The position numbers and the translations under genes are program-made. The notes under the pieces were generated by a model. It had not been told where the DNA came from and ran no database searches. It worked only from the letters and a program-made list of their open reading frames with translations. Positions 38,508 through 45,255 of a stretch of 45,255 nucleotides of DNA are shown here, one piece after another (positions within the stretch are counted from its first letter, which is position 1; each line of letters starts with the position of its first letter). This DNA comes from Bacilli bacterium (GTDB taxonomy: Bacteria; Bacillota_I; Bacilli_A; RFN20; CAG-826), in NCBI GenBank assembly GCA_034116505.1, contig JAXERM010000012.1:1-45255 (forward strand), read 5' to 3'.

Positions 38508-39704
38508 TTAAGCCTTAATTTTCTTCAAATTTGTTAATAAAGCTACACCGTCTTGATATTTGATTTCCACTTCACCTTTAATTAATGGACGAATATAATC
38601 GCGGAAAGAATCCGCCATTCTAGTTTCATCCACCATCATTGATTGTGGAATGACGCTTTCAGCATTAGCAACTAAAGAAAGATCCGCTAATTCATATTCA
38701 ATTTGATATGGTTCTTGGCTCACTCTCTTAAAGATTACCATTTTGCCAGTAATGCCTTTTAAAGCAGCCTTAACCGCGTATCTACCAGTCATAATTGCTT
38801 CTTGACGGTCAGTTAAAGAGATATAAACTGGGCAAGCGCGTTGTGTTAAAGATAATTCAACCGCTCTAGTAGGTAAATTTAAACGATCTTCCACAATGTG
38901 GCATAAATCACTTGCGGCACCACCTAATTGAGCGTGACCGAAACCATCAACACGAACATTGCTCATATCACGAGGGAAATCAATACCTTCACTAATACAA
39001 ACCATCGCATAGCCTTCACGATCATAAACTTCCTTAATTGAAGCTAAGAATTTTTCAAGATCGAATTTGTTTTCTGGTAAATAGAATAAGTGAGGTCTAT
39101 TACCTTCTGGAAGGATATCAGGGGCTGCTGTTAACCATCCAGCATTACGTCCCATCACTTCCACGATGTGAACTTTACCAACTTTGAAGCAGTTCGCATC
39201 TTTATTTAATGCATTGACAGTGTTAATGACAAATTTTGCCGCGCTAGGGAAACCTAATGAGTGATCGGTACAAGCTAAGTCGTTATCGATTGTTTTTGGA
39301 ATACCAACTACCACGATATCTAAACCTAATTCTTTTACTAATTGACTCATTTTGTAGCAAGTGTCCATCGAGTCATTACCACCATTGATAAATACATATT
39401 TAATATTGTGTTTAACGAGGTTATTCATAATGTTTGTATAGATTGGATCATGAATATCTTTAGGTAATTTTCTTCTTGTTGTGCCAAGAATAGAACCTGG
39501 TGTTTGTAACAATAATTCAATTTGTTCATCGTCTTCTTGATTAATATCAATCAAATCATCATCAATTAGTCCTTCAATGCCGTGTAAAGAACCATAGATG
39601 TGATCGATTTCTGGTGAAGATTGCGCTTCTTTAATCGCACCGTATAAGGAGGTGTTGATGACAGAAGTAGGTCCACCAGATTGAATGTAAACCATATTTT
39701 TCAT
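38508..39704 (-). CDS. pfp: 6-phosphofructokinase, predicted pyrophosphate-dependent (PFK group with GGxDS and PKTIDND)
   Basis: The 398-aa protein has the PFK motifs FINGGNDSMDT, GIPKTIDNDL and MGRNAGWL. The Asp and Lys at the two nucleotide-discriminating positions fit the PPi type. An SD AAGGAG is upstream. Confidence 0.85.
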   Translation of the reverse strand: MKNMVYIQSGGPTSVINTSLYGAIKEAQSSPEIDHIYGSLHGIEGLIDDDLIDINQEDDEQIELLLQTPGSILGTTRRKLPKDIHDPIYTNIMNNLVKHNIKYVFINGGNDSMDTCYKMSQLVKELGLDIVVVGIPKTIDNDLACTDHSLGFPSAAKFVINTVNALNKDANCFKVGKVHIVEVMGRNAGWLTAAPDILPEGNRPHLFYLPENKFDLEKFLASIKEVYDREGYAMVCISEGIDFPRDMSNVRVDGFGHAQLGGAASDLCHIVEDRLNLPTRAVELSLTQRACPVYISLTDRQEAIMTGRYAVKAALKGITGKMVIFKRVSQEPYQIEYELADLSLVANAESVIPQSMMVDETRMADSFRDYIRPLIKGEVEIKYQDGVALLTNLKKIKA

Positions 39705-39730
39705 ATTTAAGCTCCTTTTGCTTACAAAAT

Positions 39731-39760
39731 ATTATAATAATATTTATTTATTATTTTCAA
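39731..39760 (-). promoter_or_regulatory. Putative promoter of the pfp-atp transcription unit
   Basis: On the minus strand the -35 TTGAAA is at plus 39755-39760. After an 18-nt spacer the -10 TATAAT is at plus 39731-39736. This lies about 27 nt upstream of the pfp ATG. Confidence 0.5.
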
Positions 39761-39807
39761 GCAATATACAACGCATTAAATAAAAAGTAATACCCTTTTG
39801 TATTTTG

Positions 39808-39836
39808 TTGCTATATAGTTATTTTTATCGTAAAAT
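39808..39836 (+). promoter_or_regulatory. Putative promoter of the TGS-uridine kinase fusion gene
   Basis: The -35 TTGCTA is at 39808-39813. After a 17-nt spacer the -10 TAAAAT is at 39831-39836. The SD AAGGAG is at 39861-39866. Confidence 0.55.
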
Positions 39837-39874
39837 TAATACGCTACTTAAGATATTTGAAAGGAGTTATCAAT

Positions 39875-41512
39875 ATGTCATTTAAAGTGGTTTTTGGAAG
39901 CGAAACAAAAATATATGAAAAACCAGTATCCGTTTTAGAAGTTGTTGGTGATAATAAAGAATTTGTTTGTGCTTATGTAAATCGTCGTGTTCGTGAATTA
40001 ACATTCATGATTGATAAAGATAGTGAAGTTATTCCATTAACTGTTAAAGATCGTGACGCAAAACCTTGTTATGAAGCATCTTTGCGTTTTTTAGTGGCGA
40101 TGGCCATGCGCAACATTCGTCCAGAATTAGAAATTCGTTTCTCTTATAACGTTTCTCGTTCTATTTTTATGCAAATTCTCACTCCAGGTGTCAGTGCCAC
40201 TAACGCTTTAGTGAAAGAATTAGAAAAAGAAATGCTCAGAATTATCCAAGCAGATTATCCATTAATTAGATCAATCGTCAGCAAAGATGAAGCGAGCAGA
40301 ATCTTCGATAAGGAAGGTTTCCAAGATAAAGTTAATATCTTACAATACCGTCCAGAAAAAACCGCACACGTATATACATGCGATAACTATAAAAACTACA
40401 TGTATAATCGTATGGTTCCAAGCACTGGATATATTAACAAATTCAAAATTCGTTTCTATCACCCTGGTGTAATCATTCAATATCCTCGTCCAGAAGTTAA
40501 TGGTGAAATCCCACAATTTGAAGACGCTCCAACATTTGGTAAAACATTAAAGAGAGCCCATCAATGGAGTAAAGCGACTGGATGCGACACTGTTGTCGGT
40601 ATCAACCGTCGTATTGAACAAGATGGACCGATTGATTTCATCACTCTTTGTGAACAAAAACACAATCGTCAATTATGTGAATTAGGTCAAATGATTGAAG
40701 ACGATAAAGAAAACATTCGTTTAATTTGTATTGCTGGTCCTTCAAGTTCTGGTAAGACAACATTCGCTAATCGTTTAAGAATTGAATTATTATCTCGTGG
40801 TCTTAATCCAATTAGAATTTCATTAGACGACTATTATTTACCAAAATCACAAGCACCAAAAGATGAAAACGGTGACCCAGATTTAGAAGCAATTGAAGCT
40901 TTAGATATCGAATTATTCAACCAAAACATGTCTGACTTAATCGCAGGCGAAAGAGTGGAATTACCAAAATTCGATTTCAAAGTGGGACATAGAGTCAAAG
41001 GCCGCACATTACGTATTCCTTCTGATCAACCAATTATTATCGAAGGTATCCACGCCTTAAACGAAAGAATGACCGCTTCTATTCCAAGCCATCAAAAATT
41101 CAAAATCTTCATCGCTCCACAAGCACAAGTTAATATCGATAATCACAACCCATTATCATTAACTGACTTACGTTTATTAAGAAGAATTATTCGTGACTAC
41201 CGTACACGTAATGCTTCCGCAACTGACACAATGAGTATGTGGGCGAGCGTTAGAAAAGGTGAATTTAAATCAATTTACGGCACACAAGAAGGAGCAAATT
41301 ATGTCTATAATTCCTTCTCATCATTCGAATTATCCGCGATGAAAAAATATGCGATGCCATTATTAGAAAAAATCGATGTTGAAAGCGAATATTTCCCAGT
41401 CGCTGAAAGATTAATTCGTATGTTAAAATTCTTCGATGATTTACCAGATGAATGGGTCCCATGCAATTCCATCATTAGAGAATTCATCGGTGGTTCTTGT
41501 TACGAAGATTAA
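39875..41512 (+). CDS. Multidomain protein with a ThrRS-N-like TGS domain, a degenerate SAD and a C-terminal uridine/cytidine-kinase (PRK family) P-loop domain
   Basis: I prefer the ATG at 39875 (MSFKVVFG), 8 nt after the SD. The segment HVYTCDNYKNYMYNRMVPSTGYINKFKI aligns with the ThrRS second additional domain (FxDLCRGPHVPxTGxIKAFKL), but the Cys/His pair is lost. Walker A is GPSSSGKTT, followed by SLDDYY and IIEGIH as in Udk. Confidence 0.8.
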   Translation: MSFKVVFGSETKIYEKPVSVLEVVGDNKEFVCAYVNRRVRELTFMIDKDSEVIPLTVKDRDAKPCYEASLRFLVAMAMRNIRPELEIRFSYNVSRSIFMQILTPGVSATNALVKELEKEMLRIIQADYPLIRSIVSKDEASRIFDKEGFQDKVNILQYRPEKTAHVYTCDNYKNYMYNRMVPSTGYINKFKIRFYHPGVIIQYPRPEVNGEIPQFEDAPTFGKTLKRAHQWSKATGCDTVVGINRRIEQDGPIDFITLCEQKHNRQLCELGQMIEDDKENIRLICIAGPSSSGKTTFANRLRIELLSRGLNPIRISLDDYYLPKSQAPKDENGDPDLEAIEALDIELFNQNMSDLIAGERVELPKFDFKVGHRVKGRTLRIPSDQPIIIEGIHALNERMTASIPSHQKFKIFIAPQAQVNIDNHNPLSLTDLRLLRRIIRDYRTRNASATDTMSMWASVRKGEFKSIYGTQEGANYVYNSFSSFELSAMKKYAMPLLEKIDVESEYFPVAERLIRMLKFFDDLPDEWVPCNSIIREFIGGSCYED

Positions 41513-41524
41513 TTAAAAAGTATT

Positions 41525-41571
41525 AAGACCTAAATGTGTTCAAGCGTTTGAACTCAGATAGGTCTTTTTTA
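41525..41571 (+). terminator. Rho-independent terminator marking the end of the housekeeping block
   Basis: The outer stem pairs AAGACCTA (41525-41532) with TAGGTCTT (41559-41566). The inner stem pairs GTTCAA (41538-41543) with TTGAAC (41548-41553). A T6 run follows. Confidence 0.75.
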
Positions 41572-43139
41572 TATATATTAAATAGGATAGAGACATTATT
41601 GTGCCATCAAGCGGTCTTAATATTAAAGATGACGGAGTTTTTTGATAAATCTAAGAATAGTTATGATTTTTTTCTCTTCTTCAGTCCCTTTAAATAAATT
41701 TAAAAGTTTTGTTTATATCAAATAAAAAAATATAAAAATTAAGACAGTGTCAAAAAAATCAACGCAATAATTTAGATTTGAATATCAACCCTCATAAAAT
41801 TTAATTGTAAAGCTTATCAGGGGGAAAATTATGATTAAATACGTTTCAAATCTCGCTTCCAATTCTTCATCACCAAAAATTGATATTTCTTGTAAATTAA
41901 TTAAGATATCAAACACTAGTTATTCTTCTAATACCACTGCACTTAATGCTGGCAATGTCTTGTTTTATCATATTAAATTTAATGGGCTAACATCTAACGA
42001 CAAAATATATCAGACATACTTAACCTTAGTGTTATTATGCCCAACATATAGTTTTTCAATGAAGTTATATTATGTGGATTCTTTAACTACGTTTCCATCA
42101 ATCTAAACCATATCCAAAGTAATGATACACTCATTAACGAAAGTCCATTTAACATCGATGAATTGTTGTTCTTTAAGCAAACATTAGAAGATTTCCAAAG
42201 CGAAACATCATCAGGATGATTAGAAATATCCAGTTATGCTGCTTCAATCGAAATCGCTTTATATTTATTTGGTATTTCCTCTCATGAATATACTAGTGAT
42301 GAATTATTCGAAATGGACCAAGCGTGGCAAAAATATTTCCTTGGCCAAGCATATAACAATTTAAATAATTGCAGCAAAACATTAATCAATCACAACATCG
42401 ATGAAGGAGAGGATTTTATTTCCTTAAATGGAGATGCGACTTCCTATCGCGGAAGAATCCCGTTAAATCCTTCAATGAATTATCAACATTTTGATATTCA
42501 AAAAGATGCATATTTTAAATACGATAGTCTAATCAATCGACACATATATTACATCGATGAATCTTCATCGTTTTATCCGTTACATTACAATTTACCTTTA
42601 ACTAGTTCAGGCACACTCAGTTTATTCTTTAAACTAAATTATACGTGCACTCATTTGAGATACCTGTTTAGTTTTATGATGAGAATGATAATTTATATTT
42701 TGCAGTTTATATCAATCAAAATAATCAATGCTATTATCATAAAGATAATCAGGACATCCTTATAAAGGAGAATATCTCTTTATCAACTTGGAAAAATATA
42801 TATTTAACATATTCGTTAGGATCAGGACAAATCATCATTGATAGACAAACTGTTAACATCACAAATTTAGATTTAAGTAATCTATCATTCTATTTAGGAA
42901 GTAATATCGATAAAACATTATCTTTAAAAGGAGAAATTGAAAGTCTCTTCTTTGCTGAAGATTATAAAGAATATGATCTAGATAGAATCAATAAATATAG
43001 GCCAGTAACAATCGCTTCTTCCTTAGATAATTTCAAAAGAACTACACAAAAAATTATCAATGTTAATGATCGAAGATTTATCACTACATACACATATGAT
43101 TTATCACGTGTTGCTTCTGAAAACATATTAGGTGATGAT

Positions 43140-44645
43140 TTGATTAATTATACATACACTGAATCAAATCAACTCTTTAGTAGGACTATTGATAATGTTG
43201 CTGATCAATTTAGCTATGATGTTTTCGGAAGACTAGCTTCTTATAACCATTTAAATGGCCAACATCTTGAAACATATTCGTATGATAACAACGGCAATAT
43301 TTTATCAATTAATATTGCTGGAGATGAAATATCAACTTATTCATTCACATATGATAATCAGCGTCTAGTTAGTGTCACTAAAAATGGGTCGATAATTAAC
43401 ACGATTGCTTATAATGATGATAATGTTCTTTTTCCTTCATCAATGACGATTAAAGGAGAAAATAAATCATTAATATGGCAAGGACACCGATTAGTGTGCA
43501 TTGGTGATAATATTCTATATCGATATAACTCTGATGGTGTTAGAACTTATAAACACACTGATTTAGAAGAAACAACTTATGGTTTAGAACAAGAGAAGAT
43601 TATTTCATTAACAAAAACTGTTAACAATGTCTCTTATTCCTTTGCTTTTACATATGATATGAACAATTTGTTATCTTCAATCATTTATAAAGATAAATAT
43701 TATTTTTACATTAGAGATATTTTTGGAAATATTCTTGGTATAATAAATGATAACAAGCAATTTATTGTTAAATATACTTATCGTCCTTATGGTCAATTTA
43801 TAAGAACAATAGTAACAACAGATAATGATGAATTGGTTGTTGCTAACCATAATCCATTCTTATATAAAGGATATTATTATGACGAAGAGACTAATTGGTA
43901 TTACGTCACTTCTCGATATTATAATCCTGAAATTATTAGGTGGATATCTCCTGACAGTATTGATTATCTAGATCCCGAAAGCATCAATGGATTGAACTTA
44001 TATGCGTACTGCGAGAATGATCCTATAAATTACGCCGACCCTAGCGGGTGCTTCCCAATTTTGACTGTAATTTTGTGTGGGCTAGCAGTTGCTGGTTTGG
44101 CAACTATGGGTGTTGGAATGGCAACGGATAACAATTTAGTTACAGCTATTGGCTTAACTATGGTATCAATACCAGCATTGGTTTCTGGTAGTTTGGCAGT
44201 TTTTGCAACAACAGGAACTTTGGCCACATGGATTGGTGCAGGAACTATGGTTGCGGGTCTAGGAACGGGGTTGTTTGCGTCTGCAGAATATCAAGAAGCA
44301 TTTACTGGAAATAACTGGATGTCAAGCAGCTTGAGTGAAGACTGGTATAATGGATTAATGATAGTTACAGCAAGTTTGGCAACTTTAGGAACATTTGCAT
44401 CAAGTTTTGCGTATTCATTTAATATTAATTCGATACAAAACATAGGCAAGATTGATAAGTATTATGGTATCAAATTTACTCAAAAAGCTCCTAGCGGTAA
44501 TTTAAGAGTTAAAACATTAGGAATTCATCCGCCACATAATGGGCACCCTATCCATTGGCAATTAAATAATATAAATCCATCTACGGGTGGAATTGGTAAG
44601 AGAATTAGATGGGATTTACTACTAAGAAGATTAATAGGTAAGTAA
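43140..44645 (+). CDS. RHS repeat-associated core domain protein with C-terminal toxin tip (the longest intact ORF of the rhs gene)
   Basis: YD repeats are present (FSYDVFGRL, YSYDNNGNI, FTYDNQRL, YRYNSDGVR, FTYDMNNLL). The RHS core consensus reads YYFYIRDIFGNILGII...YTYRPYGQ...NPFLYKGYYYDEETNWYYVTSRYYNPEIIRWISPDS...NLYAYCENDPINYADPSG. The frame is open from 42672, but the first ATG/GTG/TTG is the TTG at 43140. Confidence 0.85.
   Translation: MINYTYTESNQLFSRTIDNVADQFSYDVFGRLASYNHLNGQHLETYSYDNNGNILSINIAGDEISTYSFTYDNQRLVSVTKNGSIINTIAYNDDNVLFPSSMTIKGENKSLIWQGHRLVCIGDNILYRYNSDGVRTYKHTDLEETTYGLEQEKIISLTKTVNNVSYSFAFTYDMNNLLSSIIYKDKYYFYIRDIFGNILGIINDNKQFIVKYTYRPYGQFIRTIVTTDNDELVVANHNPFLYKGYYYDEETNWYYVTSRYYNPEIIRWISPDSIDYLDPESINGLNLYAYCENDPINYADPSGCFPILTVILCGLAVAGLATMGVGMATDNNLVTAIGLTMVSIPALVSGSLAVFATTGTLATWIGAGTMVAGLGTGLFASAEYQEAFTGNNWMSSSLSEDWYNGLMIVTASLATLGTFASSFAYSFNINSIQNIGKIDKYYGIKFTQKAPSGNLRVKTLGIHPPHNGHPIHWQLNNINPSTGGIGKRIRWDLLLRRLIGK
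43683..43823 (+). repeat. rhs core segment, copy 1 of a dispersed direct repeat shared with the orphan fragment
   Basis: A codon-by-codon hand alignment with 45115-45255 gives about 104/141 identical nucleotides (roughly 74%) with no gaps. Confidence 0.8.
44049..44642 (+). other. Variable C-terminal (toxin) region of the RHS protein, downstream of the DPxxxxDPSG core boundary
   Basis: The 198 aa include about four Gly/Ala-rich hydrophobic helices (44052-44417) flanking AEYQEAFTGNNW. A 75-aa basic His-rich tail follows (44418-44642, ...LGIHPPHNGHPIHWQLNN...KRIRWDLLLRRLIGK). I recognise no catalytic family. Confidence 0.6.
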
Positions 44646-44661
44646 AAAAATGGAGGATTTT

Positions 44662-45024
44662 ATGGAAACTAGTGTAAAAGAAATGTTGAAATATTATTGT
44701 GAATTAGAAATTGAAAAATTTAATAGTAGTTCCATATTCTCTATGTTAAACGAATTGGTTAAATCTCAAGAGTTAAATCTTAAAATTGAATTTGGAAAAG
44801 CTAAAGACGAAAATGACAAAAATTTATATTTGAGTCTTTCAATTTATAATAAAAATGGTCAATTAGTAGAAATCTTTGATGAAGGATTTCTAACTACATA
44901 TACTACATTAGTTTTAATTGATAAAAAAGATAGATGCAAATTTTTGTCTTGGCAAGATGACGAATTTATTGAAGATTTAAACTGGATTATCAAGCAATTA
45001 AATATATTAGCGAAAAATAAATAG
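44662..45024 (+). CDS. Putative cognate immunity protein (small, soluble, acidic)
   Basis: It starts 16 nt after the rhs stop. GGAGG (44652-44656) lies 5 nt before the ATG at 44662. The ORF-track ATG at 44650 overlaps that SD. The 120-aa product has no TM or signal peptide. The assignment rests on its position immediately 3' of a polymorphic toxin tip. Confidence 0.65.
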   Translation: METSVKEMLKYYCELEIEKFNSSSIFSMLNELVKSQELNLKIEFGKAKDENDKNLYLSLSIYNKNGQLVEIFDEGFLTTYTTLVLIDKKDRCKFLSWQDDEFIEDLNWIIKQLNILAKNK

Positions 45025-45255
45025 CAAATTACTTTTACAAGCAAAACTGGCGAGTTTGCCTTTGGACTATCCAACGCAAAGTAGGTGCAATTGTTTAAAT
45101 TGTAATTTGTCGTTATTTATAAGAACAAGAAATATTTTTATATTAAAGATGCATTAAATAATATCCTTGGTATTATTAATAGTGATAAGCAATATATCGT
45201 TAAAAAGTCTTATCGACCTTTTGGTCAATTTATTAAGAATATATTAACTAAGAAT
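45025..45255 (+). pseudogene. Orphan rhs core fragment with no start codon and 5' in-frame stops, continuing beyond the window
   Basis: Frame 1 reads QITFTSKTGEFAFGLSNAK*VQLFKL*FVVIYKNKKYFYIKDALNNILGIINSDKQYIVKKSYRPFGQFIKNILTKN. This parallels the main gene's ...SYSFAFTYDMNNLLSSIIYKDKYYFYIRDIFGNILGIINDNKQFIVKYTYRPYGQFIRTIVTTDN. The frame is open from 45106 to the window end. Confidence 0.75.
45115..45255 (+). repeat. rhs core segment, copy 2 (orphan)
   Basis: See 43683-43823. The orientation is the same and the copy lies 1.43 kb downstream. Confidence 0.8.

Larger units (their letters stand above)
41831..44645 (+). pseudogene. RHS-family polymorphic toxin gene, disrupted in its 5' third by two -1 frame changes and one in-frame TGA
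   Basis: A strong SD AGGGGGA precedes the ATG at 41831. The reading frame runs frame 2 (41831-42103), then frame 1 (42052-42675, with TGA at 42217-42219), then frame 3 (42672-44645). The joined product of about 935 aa reads as an N-terminal beta-sandwich-like domain, a LamG-like domain (split by the second frame change), YD repeats, an RHS core and a variable C-terminus. Confidence 0.75.

Noticed and set aside
42217-42219. The in-frame TGA in the rhs gene might be read as Trp under Mollicutes genetic code 4, which would make the gene less broken.
   Set aside because: TGA terminates ytpR (8099-8101) at the expected protein length. It also ends trmB (8713), rsgA (19779) and trmL (29727) in ATGA stop/start overlaps. 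All Trp residues in conserved motifs are TGG, and no housekeeping ORF is interrupted by TGA. The standard code therefore applies and this TGA is a nonsense lesion.
41831-42765. The ORFs 41831-42106 (91 aa) and 42313-42765 (150 aa) might be independent small genes. Alternatively, the frame changes might be programmed ribosomal frameshifts.
   Set aside because: The open frames abut or overlap each other. The second junction splits a recognisable LamG-like domain, and 42313 has no SD. Three separate lesions, including a nonsense codon, fit decay better than programmed recoding. Only the T-run at 42672-42675 is slippery-like.
44052-44417. The hydrophobic RHS tip might be a straightforward pore-forming or ionophore toxin.
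   Set aside because: This is not adopted as the primary call because the adjacent immunity candidate is soluble and the helices flank a PT-TG-like segment, which points to a pre-toxin or translocation role. It is kept as an alternative hypothesis in the findings.

Overview
This is a low-GC (about 30% by eye), very tightly packed bacterial chromosome segment. It uses the standard genetic code: TGG encodes Trp, and TGA ends four genes, three of them in ATGA start/stop overlaps. Gene content and order match the Bacillus-type 'ylo/ytp' housekeeping neighbourhoods. The style is reduced and Acholeplasma/Erysipelotrichia-like, but that lineage guess is inference only. About 41.5 kb is core metabolism and translation in four long co-directional blocks. 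Block 1 is thiI-iscS-ezrA, with rpsD divergent. Block 2 is glgC-glgD-glgA-leuS-coaX-pepV-trmB-ytpR-NAPRT. Block 3 is gmk-priA-(DUF1904-like)-(degenerate rsmB-like)-rlmN-prpC-prkC-rsgA-rpe. Block 4 is a predicted PPi-dependent phosphofructokinase followed by atpIBEFHAGDC. Scattered among these are a 5'-truncated GH18 chitinase-like gene, rpmB, an RqcH homologue, trmL, ppa, two CxxC thioredoxin-fold lipoproteins and a TGS/SAD-uridine-kinase fusion. I saw no rRNA, tRNA, CRISPR array or transposase. The only accessory content is the last ~3.7 kb (41.6-45.3 kb), a compact RHS-type polymorphic toxin locus. Its N-terminal third is broken by two frame changes and an in-frame TGA. Its YD-repeat shell is unusually short. 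A DPxxxxDPSG core end precedes an unclassified 198-aa C-terminal tip with four Gly/Ala-rich hydrophobic helices, a TG-motif segment and a His-rich basic tail. A small soluble putative immunity gene follows, and an orphan rhs core fragment runs off the window edge. Secondary observations include a Na+-type two-carboxylate signature in the ATP synthase c subunit, PPi-type PFK residues, an apparently catalytically dead RsmB homologue, a sensor-less Ser/Thr kinase, leuS embedded in the glycogen operon without a T-box, and probable leaderless transcripts.
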